Source: a virus (Duplodnaviria > Heunggongvirae > Uroviricota > Caudoviricetes). Taken from it: DNA of 42,907 nt. The notes under the pieces are model-generated. The model was not told where the DNA came from. It did not search any database and saw nothing but the letters and a program-made list of their open reading frames with translations. Below are positions 26,330-35,780 of this stretch, piece after piece. The stretch covers positions 137,618 to 180,524 of IMG/VR virus record IMGVR_UViG_3300017747_005082, one strand, 5' to 3'. Every line of letters starts with the position of its first letter. Within the stretch, counting starts at the first letter, position 1. The translations under genes and the position numbers were made by a program.

Positions 26330-28693
26330 TTATATTCTTCTAGTTGATATAGCCATTGGTGTTGATAATTCCTGAGATACTTTATTTCCATCTAAATTAA
26401 CCACCATACCTCTATTTACAGCTCCAATTAAACTATCTAATTTGTTAATCATAACATCCATTTTATTACCTAATGTTGATGAAATATCTGATATATTACT
26501 TGATGGTTGTTTATCTCCAAATAAATTAGTACCTGCTATTATTTTATCATCTTTATTTAATTGGATAGATCCTTTTGGGCCAGATACTACAACACCCCCA
26601 TCAGAGTCAATTACCCCATCATTCATTTTAACAGAAGATTTGGCAGAATTCATAGCTGCTACAGAAGCTGCTATACCTCCTGCTATAGCAATAGCACCAA
26701 TACCTAAAGTAGTAGCGGAAGCTGTTGATATAGCTGCAATAGCCATACTTATCATTTGAGGTAAAGCCATGGCTGCAGCAATTGCTGCTCTTATTAAACC
26801 AGGTACTAAAGATGCTGTTACTGCAACTCCTGCAGCAGTTAATGCACCTGCTATACCTGCTGTAACAGGTCCCATTTCTACTAAAGTATCATGTAAAGAT
26901 TTAGTAGGATCAGTAATAGCACTAATTATATCTTTAATACCATTAAATGCATTAGCAATAGGAGTTAGAACAAATGATACTAAATCTATTAATGGAGATA
27001 CAAAAGCCATTACAGGTTCAGCTAATGCTACGAAAGATTCTTTCAGTTTTTCTGTTAATGCTAAAAATCTTTCTTGTATATTAGCAGATTTTGTTTGTCT
27101 ATCTAATTCTTCTTTACCTAAATCTGCTATTGAAGATAGATTAAATCCTTGTGCTTTTAAATTCGCTAATTTTTTTCTATTTTCTTCATTATCTTGGTAA
27201 CCTAATTTTGCTAGGGCTTGTTGTTCAATTAACATTTCACCCATTTGATCTTTACTTAATCCTATAGCTTTAGCTATAGATTCTTGTTGTATAGCATTTA
27301 AACCACCCCATTTAGTTAGATCAATACCTTGTTTTGTAATTTCTTTAGATAAACCTGCTATATCATTAGTTAAAGCATAATATCTAGCTCTTTCTAAATT
27401 TAACATTCTTCCAGTTATTACCTCAGCTTCAAATTCTGATGCAATAGAACTTTCTATATCAAGTAAAGATTTAGCTATTCCTTCAACTTCTTTTATATTA
27501 GTACCTAATTTTTTAGCTTCAAATGCAGCTTCTGCTAATTTTGCAGGATTTTGGGAATATGTAGCTAATAAAGCTTTAGAAGTATTATTAATATCATTAA
27601 GTAATGCTTTACCATTAATTGCTAAATTATTTTGTAAACTTAATGATTTTATTTGTCCTAAATATTGGGCAGATATTTCTTTAAGTGTTTTATTTGTGGC
27701 ACCTGATAGTTTACTTAATGTAGTAACAGCTTCTACAGAATATCCAGCTTGTACTGTTAATTCAACGTAATTAGTTAATAACTCTCCACTTAAAGCAACA
27801 TTAGTACCTAATGAAACATTTAATTCATTTTGTGCCTTTACTAATGATTTAGTATTAATAAAAATATTATTAGAAGATGCTGCAATATCAGTTAATCTTT
27901 CGTTTATTTTAGATGCTTCATCAAATGATGTACCGAAAGTTTTAGCAGTTTCACCTGCTAAATCATCTAATTTAAGAAATGCTTGAGTTAATTGAGTTAA
28001 TAAAAAACCTCCTATAACAAGTGGATCTTTTATTGCACCTAATAAAGCTTTCCCTACATTTTTTCCTATAACCCCTAATCCTTGTAATTTACCAGCAAAA
28101 CCATCTCTTAATTTTCCTTGAGCCTCTAAATCAGATATTTCTTCTCTTGTAGTTTCTGCAATATCATTAGTATCTATACCTATTTTTTTTAAAGTAGCAC
28201 TCCATCCTTTCAAAAACATTCCCCCAATACCAAAAGCAGAATTAATTTTATTAGATAAAGATAATTCCATTTCAAGAGAAGTAATATTCTCTTGATTCAT
28301 ATTTCTTTGTTCTTCTAAACCATTAACTATATCTAATAATATAGCTCTTTCTCTTCCTGATACTAATAATGCCTTTTCTCTCAATTGAAGAATTTCTGTA
28401 TCTAAAGATTTGGTAATATTTAATGCTTTAGTTAAATCTTTTTCAATTTCTCTTTGGGAACGAGTTAGTTTTTCTCTTTGAGTTGCTTGATCAACTAATT
28501 GTTTATTTAAATTAGTTAATTCTCTATTAGATCTGTTAATTCTTAAAGCTTGCTCCCCAGATATTTTGGCCATATCAGATAACTGTTTTGCTAGAGATAC
28601 TTGTTCCCTAATAATATCAGTATTGATACGATTAGCTTCTAGTTGTTCAGATAGAAGTTGATTTTGTAATTCTAATTCGTCTAAATTGGCCAT
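26330..28693 (-). CDS. tail tape measure protein
   Basis: 787 aa, Ala/Leu-rich and helical, with hydrophobic Ala/Gly C-terminal repeats; canonical position after the tube and chaperone genes. Confidence 0.85.
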   Translation of the reverse strand: MANLDELELQNQLLSEQLEANRINTDIIREQVSLAKQLSDMAKISGEQALRINRSNRELTNLNKQLVDQATQREKLTRSQREIEKDLTKALNITKSLDTEILQLREKALLVSGRERAILLDIVNGLEEQRNMNQENITSLEMELSLSNKINSAFGIGGMFLKGWSATLKKIGIDTNDIAETTREEISDLEAQGKLRDGFAGKLQGLGVIGKNVGKALLGAIKDPLVIGGFLLTQLTQAFLKLDDLAGETAKTFGTSFDEASKINERLTDIAASSNNIFINTKSLVKAQNELNVSLGTNVALSGELLTNYVELTVQAGYSVEAVTTLSKLSGATNKTLKEISAQYLGQIKSLSLQNNLAINGKALLNDINNTSKALLATYSQNPAKLAEAAFEAKKLGTNIKEVEGIAKSLLDIESSIASEFEAEVITGRMLNLERARYYALTNDIAGLSKEITKQGIDLTKWGGLNAIQQESIAKAIGLSKDQMGEMLIEQQALAKLGYQDNEENRKKLANLKAQGFNLSSIADLGKEELDRQTKSANIQERFLALTEKLKESFVALAEPVMAFVSPLIDLVSFVLTPIANAFNGIKDIISAITDPTKSLHDTLVEMGPVTAGIAGALTAAGVAVTASLVPGLIRAAIAAAMALPQMISMAIAAISTASATTLGIGAIAIAGGIAASVAAMNSAKSSVKMNDGVIDSDGGVVVSGPKGSIQLNKDDKIIAGTNLFGDKQPSSNISDISSTLGNKMDVMINKLDSLIGAVNRGMVVNLDGNKVSQELSTPMAISTRRI

Positions 28694-28710
28694 TTATTAT
28701 ATTTTATATT

Positions 28711-28718
28711 AATAAATA
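28711..28718 (-). promoter_or_regulatory. TATTTATT promoter-like motif
   Basis: 17 nt upstream of the tape measure ATG, right after a terminator. Confidence 0.6.
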
Positions 28719-28719
28719 T

Positions 28720-28747
28720 AAAAAAAGCCCCTATTTTTTAGGGACTT
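28720..28747 (-). terminator. intrinsic terminator overlapping the chaperone stop
   Basis: Minus strand AAGTCCCT-AAAAAAT-AGGGGCTT-TTTTT; 8-bp stem with one G.U pair. Confidence 0.7.
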
Positions 28748-29048
28748 TAGTAGTATATGTATTAGTTGTTGTAGGTGGTTTAGCTATATCTTTTACATTT
28801 TTAGCAGTTATCATATTATTTTGTTTATCTATAGCATCATTTTTATCTTGATAAAATTTCTCAATTTTTTTATAGGTTAATTTTCTCAACCAAATAGGCA
28901 TATTATAAACTGTCCCCCAATCATAATTATTACCATGAAAAACAATCTCATGTATTTCATCAAATAATTTTACTCTATAATTTTGACTCAGGCCAAAAAA
29001 AGTTAAGAGAAATTGGAAATGGTGTGCCCTCCACATCACCCTCTTCAA
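28731..29048 (-). CDS. second tail-assembly chaperone frame (gp51/GT-like), probably expressed by frameshift from the upstream gene
   Basis: The plausible part starts at FFGLSQNYRVKLF...YDWGTVYNMPIWLRK and has no convincing start of its own. It overlaps the upstream ORF by 74 nt across a T7 run. Confidence 0.7.
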   Translation of the reverse strand: MKRVMWRAHHFQFLLTFFGLSQNYRVKLFDEIHEIVFHGNNYDWGTVYNMPIWLRKLTYKKIEKFYQDKNDAIDKQNNMITAKNVKDIAKPPTTTNTYTTKVPKK

Positions 29049-29736
29049 AATAAACTAATTCAACATCTGGTGATACTCTTTTCATTTCATTTCTTAAAGC
29101 AATTGCTTCCTTAGCTAATAATCCTTTATCAACAAATTCTCTAATAGAACCCGAGGTTCTATCCCCATTTATTGAAGTAATTTGGAATTTTAACCTTGTT
29201 GATGATGTTGGTGGAGTACCATTTGGAAATAATTTTGCCAATCCTTCCAATTCTTTATCTATTTTTTTCTGATCTCCATTAGTTAATAATTTATATGTTA
29301 CTGTATTTTTAGAAAAAGGTAATTCATATTTAAATTCATTTACCCTAATTTCGATCATGTCTTCTTCTTTTAGTATCTTATCTTTTAATGTAGTTAAATC
29401 AATTGTTTTTTCAATTATTTTACCTTTTCCATCAGTAGTTTTAAATATATAATCTTTTCCATATCCTAAAATACGAGATGCTATTAATAATGCATTAAAA
29501 TCTCCAATTATAATATCATCCAATTCTACTTTATTAACTAATAATGATTCTATTACTTTATAAAATACTGTACCTCCATTAATATAATTTTGATTGGTTA
29601 AAATATCTTCTTCTTTAGCTGTCATATATTTCATTTCAACTACTCCAGATGAAAGAGGATGATCTTCTGGATAAATTAATCCTCTTGAAGGAAGTTCCAC
29701 TAATTCTGTGGGGATCGTAAATTTTTGTTCAGACAT
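28975..29736 (-). CDS. tail/baseplate-hub assembly chaperone (T4 gp26-like)
   Basis: ELVELPSRG-x-x-Y...VEMKYMTAKEEDIL is characteristic; lies between the tube and tape measure genes. Confidence 0.8.
   Translation of the reverse strand: MSEQKFTIPTELVELPSRGLIYPEDHPLSSGVVEMKYMTAKEEDILTNQNYINGGTVFYKVIESLLVNKVELDDIIIGDFNALLIASRILGYGKDYIFKTTDGKGKIIEKTIDLTTLKDKILKEEDMIEIRVNEFKYELPFSKNTVTYKLLTNGDQKKIDKELEGLAKLFPNGTPPTSSTRLKFQITSINGDRTSGSIREFVDKGLLAKEAIALRNEMKRVSPDVELVYFEEGDVEGTPFPISLNFFWPESKL
28995..29001 (-). other. candidate +1/-2 slippery site (AAC TTT TTT TGG)
   Basis: Seven T on the coding strand; frame 0 reads N-F-F-W-P and the +1 frame reads T-F-F-G-L. Confidence 0.6.
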
Positions 29737-29757
29737 AATTTATTATTTGTTGTTGTA

Positions 29758-29765
29758 TATAAATA
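29758..29765 (-). promoter_or_regulatory. TATTTATA promoter-like motif
   Basis: 21 nt upstream of the ATG at 29736. Confidence 0.6.
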
Positions 29766-29771
29766 TATAAG

Positions 29772-29804
29772 AAAAAAAGAAAGCCCAATCTTTCGATTGG
29801 GCTT
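29772..29804 (-). terminator. intrinsic terminator after the tail tube gene
   Basis: Perfect 10-bp stem AAGCCCAATC-GAAA-GATTGGGCTT followed by TCTTTTTTTC. Confidence 0.9.
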
Positions 29805-29824
29805 ATTATAAAATTTATGAAATA

Positions 29825-30313
29825 TCAGAAATTTGATATTGCGTAATCCATTCCAAGAGTAACATTAATTTGAATAGCAGAGTCTCCATTAGACCAATCA
29901 TATTCACCAAAATTAGAATTTTTAATAAATGCTCCTTTTAATATCCATTCTCCTACAATATCCCCTACAGGTCCTAATATTACCATAGAACAATCTTTTT
30001 TATAAAAATCTGAATATCCATCTCTACCTGTTACTGATTCGTGAGATAGTCTAAACCATTCCATTACAGCTTGTGTACCAGAAGGGGTAATTGGGTCGTA
30101 CATTTGTAATGTAACGTCTTGCCATCTTACTTTACCTTTAATTTTACGATAAACATTAATATGTTCTAGTGTAATTTCTCCAGCATCAAATGAAGGAGTT
30201 TGAGCTTTATTAATTATATATGCAGGAATACCATCAACATAAAACAAAAATCTATTAGGAGTTTTTGGTTCATAAGCGGTAAACATCATTGTATTTGTAT
30301 CTAATACTGCCAT
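29825..30313 (-). CDS. tail tube protein (T4 gp19-like)
   Basis: EPKTPNRF, KIKGKVRWQDVTL-x-x-YD, WILKGAF-x-x-x-x-x-FGEYDW; follows the sheath. Confidence 0.9.
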   Translation of the reverse strand: MAVLDTNTMMFTAYEPKTPNRFLFYVDGIPAYIINKAQTPSFDAGEITLEHINVYRKIKGKVRWQDVTLQMYDPITPSGTQAVMEWFRLSHESVTGRDGYSDFYKKDCSMVILGPVGDIVGEWILKGAFIKNSNFGEYDWSNGDSAIQINVTLGMDYAISNF

Positions 30314-30337
30314 TATTTCTTGTTAATTATTTATATT

Positions 30338-30345
30338 AATAAATA
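30338..30345 (-). promoter_or_regulatory. TATTTATT promoter-like motif
   Basis: 24 nt upstream of the tube ATG. Confidence 0.6.
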
Positions 30346-30352
30346 TATAAAG

Positions 30353-30375
30353 AAAAAACCCTCATTGAGGGTTTT
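30353..30375 (-). terminator. intrinsic terminator after the sheath gene
   Basis: AAAACCCTC-AAT-GAGGGTTTT then TTCTTT on the coding strand. Confidence 0.8.
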
Positions 30376-30385
30376 AACCTTTTTA

Positions 30386-32032
30386 TTAGAAAGTTGTTCC
30401 TGTTGGAGAAACATTAAAGTCTAATATAACAAATTCTATTGTTTTAGCTGGTTGAATATAAATTTGTCCTACTAATTGATTTCTATCAATAACTGTAGGA
30501 TCATTATTAGCATCCTCCATTACTACTTTATAAGCATATAATCCTCCTCTTTGTTGAACAGAGTCAAGATATGGTCTAACTCTAGATAAGAAACTATTTC
30601 TAGTAGATTCTAAATTATTCTCAAATACAAGTGTATTTCCTACTTGACCTATATACCCTTTTAATTCAATTAAACATCTTCTTACATTAACTCTATCAAG
30701 AGCTGATGGTTTTGCTATTAATGTTTTTTGTCCATAAACTACATTTCCTTGTCCTGGGAAACTAGCAATAGCGTTAACTTTACCTTGATACAAAGCATCT
30801 TTATCAGATGGTTTTAATTTTCTTTCTGTTTGAACAATTGAAATTCCTCCTCTTTTAAAACCTGCAGGAGCAAACCATGGTGCAGCTATTCTATCATTAT
30901 AAGCATATACTGATGGAATTATTGTTGAAGGTGGAACCCATGATAATTTTCCAGTATTTGGAGAATTTACTTGTAAATATGGATAATATGCTGCTGCATA
31001 TGAGTTATCAATTTCTGCTGCTTCTGCTATTACTGTTGATACATTAGCTCCTTTTCCAGCTAAATCAATAATAGCTATAGCATCTCCTCTATCTTGTGTA
31101 TTAGATAATAATAATGAAATAGCTGCACTATGGTTTGCTTGATTTAAACCAGGTACACTAATTACATTATATCTAAATTCTAATGGATTTGCCAATAAAT
31201 TCAATGAACCTGTATAATCGTTTGCAGTTAATCCATCAACTGCGGATAAATTTCCTGTAGCTCCATTAAAAGTACCACTAGCTACTACTGGAATAGAAGC
31301 AGTATATTGAGTTAATGCAGTTCCATTATTATCAAAATAGTTTAAAGTTGGAGATAATACTTGTTTAACTCTAATATATCTACTTTTATTAGTATAATCA
31401 CCAACAGTATCTAAAAATCCATTAGTTAATGTAGTAGCTTGATTACCAATTATAGCTTCTACATAATTAGTGCTATTTGGATCTAATGATAAATTTGTCC
31501 AAGATTCTAAAATAGTTTTTGTAGTACTATTATCATTTCCACTTCTTATTAATAAATTGAAAGTACCATTAGCTATATTTACTGATGGAATTTCCCATCT
31601 TATATTATCTACAGTCCCACTAACTAAAGCTCCATTATTCAATTCAGAGCCTGAACTATTCATTATATTTCCTGCTGATAATGTTTCTAATACTAATGAA
31701 GAACTTAATAAACTATTTAATATAGGAGTCGATGTTGCAGGTGCAAAAGCTCCTGATACTACTCTTGTTACTAATAATGAATCTCCTCCTTGTTGGAAAT
31801 AATTATAAGCAGATACTGATGTTAAATATTCATTTGTTGTAGAACCACTATTAAATGCTCCTCCAAATTTAGATAAGTAATCGCTATATGAAGTTGTAAG
31901 TGTAGGTACATTTACAGGTCCTTTAACTGTAGGTCCCACTATAGCAGCACCAGCTACCTGTGGACCTTGTGTGATTTGTGAGTTATTATTCTCTCTAGTT
32001 AATACCCCAGGAGATAAAAGTGTTTCAGCCAT
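30386..32032 (-). CDS. contractile tail sheath protein (T4 gp18-like)
   Basis: LLSPGVLTRE, GPTVKGP, WFAPAGFKRG, GQKTL, LDRVNVRR, IYIQPAKTIEFV. Confidence 0.96.
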   Translation of the reverse strand: MAETLLSPGVLTRENNNSQITQGPQVAGAAIVGPTVKGPVNVPTLTTSYSDYLSKFGGAFNSGSTTNEYLTSVSAYNYFQQGGDSLLVTRVVSGAFAPATSTPILNSLLSSSLVLETLSAGNIMNSSGSELNNGALVSGTVDNIRWEIPSVNIANGTFNLLIRSGNDNSTTKTILESWTNLSLDPNSTNYVEAIIGNQATTLTNGFLDTVGDYTNKSRYIRVKQVLSPTLNYFDNNGTALTQYTASIPVVASGTFNGATGNLSAVDGLTANDYTGSLNLLANPLEFRYNVISVPGLNQANHSAAISLLLSNTQDRGDAIAIIDLAGKGANVSTVIAEAAEIDNSYAAAYYPYLQVNSPNTGKLSWVPPSTIIPSVYAYNDRIAAPWFAPAGFKRGGISIVQTERKLKPSDKDALYQGKVNAIASFPGQGNVVYGQKTLIAKPSALDRVNVRRCLIELKGYIGQVGNTLVFENNLESTRNSFLSRVRPYLDSVQQRGGLYAYKVVMEDANNDPTVIDRNQLVGQIYIQPAKTIEFVILDFNVSPTGTTF

Positions 32033-32054
32033 TTTTTATATTATTATATTTAGG

Positions 32055-32062
32055 TATAAATA
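32055..32062 (-). promoter_or_regulatory. TATTTATA promoter-like motif
   Basis: 22 nt upstream of the sheath ATG. Confidence 0.65.
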
Positions 32063-32087
32063 TTAATTACTTTTTATAAAATTTAAA

Positions 32088-34685
32088 TTAATTATAAACT
32101 CGTATTTCTATTGGAGTACCTGATAAAATATCATCTTCTAAATTACCTATATTTTCGGTAATTATAGAGACTTCTGCAGTTGTTGTACCAATATGAGCTA
32201 TATGTTTATTAAGAAACAAATAATTTTGAAGGAATACTAATGTTTTATTATTTGTAAATTTGTTATCAGATCCTAATCTATAACTACCACTAGCATCTCT
32301 GGTAATACTTATAGTTCCTATAGTATTTTCTAATTCAATAGCAGTAGGATCATCAGTACCTGTTTGAGATAATAATGCTGTATATACATTATATGGTCTA
32401 GATCCTGTAATAGCTTGTTGAACAAATCTATTAGTAACTAAACTTTCAGAAGTAAAAGATTCACTATAATCTCCATCATATTGTATACCTATTCCATTAT
32501 TATCTTTTAATATTATTCTATCATTAAATACTTGAAGACCTGATTTTAATTGATTAAAATCATCTCTTATTCCTAGATTAATTCTTTCTTGTACACTACT
32601 TGATAAGTTTGAAATAGTAATTAATCCTGAATCTTCAACATCTCCAGATATTAAGAAGAATTTATCAAATGCTATAGTAGCTTGAGTATTCTCAGATATA
32701 CTAGCATCTTCTTCTAATACAGATCCTAAAGATACTCCTATATTTCCATCTTCTCCTGCATATAAACCATTTATTGATGTAGGAAGTATATTACTACTTG
32801 TAAGTGGAGAAGAAGGTACTAAGTATTCATTTGTATTGCCCCCATATGGAGTATATAATATTCTTGGTCTATCTGTTACACTAACAGTACTTCTAGTTCC
32901 ACTATAAAAAGATTCAATAGCAGAAGAACCTGGTAATATTACTATATCTCCAGAAAATTCTTGGTCATCTTCACCTAATCCAACAAAAAAACTAAAACTA
33001 CTATTTTCATTACTAAAGAAACCAGCACTTCCTGTTCCCCCAGGTAATTCTTTATAATAATTAGAATCTTGGTCTACTACATTTTGTAATGTAGCTGAAG
33101 AAGATGAAGAACCTGATGCTATTGCATCCATCACAAATTCATTAGTGGCTAATGATCTTGAACCACCACTTAATATTAAAGCTTTTGTTAAATTTGGAGA
33201 GGTTATTTCTCCTAAATTATTTTTTATAAATCCAATAGAACCAGAACCATCAGCTATTATAATATGGTTTGATGTTCCTGCGTTTAATCCTGTTGGTTTA
33301 CCTAATACTGTATTAAAACTTCCAGTAGTGATACCTGTTACTGTTCTACCAACAAGAATATTATCATTTCCTGTAGAAATTCCTGTAGTATCAGAGGTAC
33401 TATCTCCTCCAATTAAAACATTATTTGAACCTCTAACATTAGATCCTGCATTAGCTCCTAAAACTGTATTTCTTGAACCCGATACATTTAATCTTAATGT
33501 GTTATTACCTGCAGCTGTATTAAAACTTCCAGAAACATTACTTAATTGAGATGCTACCCCCATGGCTACATTTCTTCCACCAATTATATTTCCAGCTAAT
33601 GCTGATTGTCCTAATGCAGCATTTTGCATACCTGTTGTATTTGCCGCTAATGCGTTACCTCCTACAGCAGTATTAAATGCTCCAGTAGTATTAGCAAATA
33701 ATGAAAAACTACCTAAAGCTGTATTAGCTTGTCCTGATGTATTACTAGTTAATGCTCCTGCACCAAAAGCATCATTAAAATTACCTGTTGTTACTCTTAA
33801 TGATCCTGATCCAAATGCAGTGTTACTACTTAAACTACCACTTCCTTTACCTATCCTAATACCATTAATAGTTTTGTCTACTCCTCCTAATTCTTGTAAA
33901 GGTATATTATTTACTATACCAGAAATAGTAGCAGAAACATCTGGAACAGAAGATGGGTTATCTTGTAATAGTTGGAAATCACTACCTGTTGTTTGTGAAG
34001 AACCAGATCCATATACTCCTCCTTCCCCTAAAAATAAATAACTCTCATTACTACCACTATTAATAACTTTTGTTATTACATATCCCATAGATTGAGATTG
34101 GAAAGTAATTGATGGGTTTAAAGCATTTACATAGCTATATATTGTAGTTCCTGTAATATTCCATCCCAAATCTATTATTTGGGTAGATTCAAATTCTTCA
34201 TAGTCTTGAGAAGAAACTTGATTTGAAAATACTACTTCATAGTCATTTATATCTGTAACAGTACTACCAGTTCCATAAGTACCTTTACCCTTATTTATAT
34301 ACATAAATTTTTGGATAAATGAAGGTTCTTGTAAATTTTTTCTTTGTACTGCAGTGACCATCATAGATTGAGACTCTGTCAAAATAAACGATGGACTATT
34401 ATTTATTAAATTATGAGGTTGTCTTATACCTACAGTTCCTGTAGGTAAATTAAATCTTTTTACTATTAATATGTTATCTTGATTCGTAACAGAACCCGAA
34501 CCTGATGGAAAAGGTAAATTTGTTAATTGTGAACCATCTCCAATAAAATATGATGCAGTAACTGAACCTGATATTTCTATTTGTGTATTTGGAGATTCCC
34601 CAATTAGGGCATCTATTATACGAGTCAGGTGTTCTGCCTTTATTTGTTGGTGAGGAGCTATTCCAGATTTTGATATTTTAGTCAT
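32088..34685 (-). CDS. tail fibre/spike-like protein with 14-aa Gly/Asn repeats
   Basis: 865 aa, Ser/Gly/Thr-rich; N-terminal TASYFIGDGSQL, central N-T-A-x-G repeats and a distinct C-terminal domain. Confidence 0.75.
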   Translation of the reverse strand: MTKISKSGIAPHQQIKAEHLTRIIDALIGESPNTQIEISGSVTASYFIGDGSQLTNLPFPSGSGSVTNQDNILIVKRFNLPTGTVGIRQPHNLINNSPSFILTESQSMMVTAVQRKNLQEPSFIQKFMYINKGKGTYGTGSTVTDINDYEVVFSNQVSSQDYEEFESTQIIDLGWNITGTTIYSYVNALNPSITFQSQSMGYVITKVINSGSNESYLFLGEGGVYGSGSSQTTGSDFQLLQDNPSSVPDVSATISGIVNNIPLQELGGVDKTINGIRIGKGSGSLSSNTAFGSGSLRVTTGNFNDAFGAGALTSNTSGQANTALGSFSLFANTTGAFNTAVGGNALAANTTGMQNAALGQSALAGNIIGGRNVAMGVASQLSNVSGSFNTAAGNNTLRLNVSGSRNTVLGANAGSNVRGSNNVLIGGDSTSDTTGISTGNDNILVGRTVTGITTGSFNTVLGKPTGLNAGTSNHIIIADGSGSIGFIKNNLGEITSPNLTKALILSGGSRSLATNEFVMDAIASGSSSSSATLQNVVDQDSNYYKELPGGTGSAGFFSNENSSFSFFVGLGEDDQEFSGDIVILPGSSAIESFYSGTRSTVSVTDRPRILYTPYGGNTNEYLVPSSPLTSSNILPTSINGLYAGEDGNIGVSLGSVLEEDASISENTQATIAFDKFFLISGDVEDSGLITISNLSSSVQERINLGIRDDFNQLKSGLQVFNDRIILKDNNGIGIQYDGDYSESFTSESLVTNRFVQQAITGSRPYNVYTALLSQTGTDDPTAIELENTIGTISITRDASGSYRLGSDNKFTNNKTLVFLQNYLFLNKHIAHIGTTTAEVSIITENIGNLEDDILSGTPIEIRVYN
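33300..33830 (-). repeat. 14-residue protein-level tandem repeats (x-N-T-A-x-G-x-x-A-L-x-x-N-x)
   Basis: SNTAFG, FNDAFG, ANTALG, FNTAVG, QNAALG, RNVAMG, FNTAAG and RNTVLG recur about every 14 aa, followed by looser copies. Confidence 0.85.
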
Positions 34686-34700
34686 TTCTTATACTTTGGG

Positions 34701-34708
34701 TATAAATA
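34701..34708 (-). promoter_or_regulatory. TATTTATA promoter-like motif
   Basis: 15 nt upstream of the fibre ATG. Confidence 0.6.
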
Positions 34709-34945
34709 TTAATATTCTCCTGTCTCCAGATTTATATTTAAATTATCCCCATATTTTTGAATTAAGAATTCTTTCAAAGTTTTTTCTTCACTATCTATAT
34801 TTTTTAACTCAATTTTAATATTTTCTTTCTGTTGAGCTAATAATATTTTATTATAAGATATTTCCCCTAAACTAAATAACATTTTTTGGGTTCTTTGTTT
34901 TAATTCTTTTAATTGTTCTAATTCTTTTTCTTCTATTTTATTCAT
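34709..34945 (-). CDS. small coiled-coil protein, possible fibre assembly factor
   Basis: 78 aa of heptads ending KYGDNLNINLETGEY; lies among the fibre genes. Confidence 0.65.
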   Translation of the reverse strand: MNKIEEKELEQLKELKQRTQKMLFSLGEISYNKILLAQQKENIKIELKNIDSEEKTLKEFLIQKYGDNLNINLETGEY

Positions 34946-34958
34946 GTTCTTTATTTTG

Positions 34959-35780
34959 TTATGCTATTGCACTTAATCCTATTGAGATTAAATAATTATT
35001 ATATAAAACTCTATAGTTTTCATTTATAGTTTGAGATAAATACGCACCAAACCATGTAGAACTAAGACAATATGGACAAAAAGATGTACCTCCTCTTAAT
35101 AAATGAAAATTTGTATTTACTAAAGATGTATAGATTCCAGTTCTAGAAAATTGTACATTACTTTTATAAAAAATTACATCATTATTACTCCTATTTGCTG
35201 ATATTAATCCTGTTCCTGATAATGTTACAGATGCATTTATTTGATTACCACCTGCGTTTATTGATTGTATTGTTGTTGCTGATGATCTTATTGATTCGGA
35301 GCTTGTTGAAGTAGAAATACCCATTAAATGTGGATTTGCCCCCATATTTGGAGAAACAGCTCTTACAAACCCTTTTGACGCATCAGTTAATGTATATTTA
35401 ACACCATGTAAAGTTGGGTTAAAAGTAGTATCAAAATATCCACTAGATCCATCTCCTACTATTCCATTAACCGTATATGTTAATCCTCCATTAAAACTTC
35501 CTAAAGCTAATCGTTTCCAATCTATTAATCCAAATTGTACTAAACTAATGTCATTATAACAAAAATTAAAATAACTATCTATATTTGTCCAAAAGTTTCC
35601 AGCTTTCATTGCTATCATTTTTTGATTAAGTATATTCCTTACTGTAGCATTTGGAATAGTTATACCATGTAATGTAGCAAAATTAAAAACTGCTTGTAAT
35701 TCAGGTTCATAACTTACTGTAGATGAAGATAATATAGTTCTATAATATTTACTCATATTTAATTTTCTTGAGTTATCCAA
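34959..35780 (-). CDS. putative virion protein (lectin-like beta-rich C-terminus)
   Basis: GGLTY...GDGSSGYFDTTFNP, beta-rich; true start may be the Met at 35756. Confidence 0.6.
   Translation of the reverse strand: MDNSRKLNMSKYYRTILSSSTVSYEPELQAVFNFATLHGITIPNATVRNILNQKMIAMKAGNFWTNIDSYFNFCYNDISLVQFGLIDWKRLALGSFNGGLTYTVNGIVGDGSSGYFDTTFNPTLHGVKYTLTDASKGFVRAVSPNMGANPHLMGISTSTSSESIRSSATTIQSINAGGNQINASVTLSGTGLISANRSNNDVIFYKSNVQFSRTGIYTSLVNTNFHLLRGGTSFCPYCLSSTWFGAYLSQTINENYRVLYNNYLISIGLSAIA

Noticed and set aside
26442-27200. Plus-strand ORFs of 105 and 143 aa
   Set aside because: Antisense shadows of the Ala/Gly-rich tape measure codons; no independent motifs.
29002-29048. TTG or ATG start for the 105-aa chaperone ORF
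   Set aside because: Gives an N-terminus (MKRVMWRAHHFQF) that looks like off-frame sequence embedded in the upstream gene; the frameshift explanation is preferred but unproven.
9517-31802. Other plus-strand ORFs (9517-9702, 17877-18083, 22209-22427, 31470-31802)
   Set aside because: Fully antisense to well-supported genes, with no motifs.
33145-34041. Plus-strand ORFs of 134 and 159 aa
   Set aside because: Antisense shadows of the Gly/Asn repeat region of the fibre gene.
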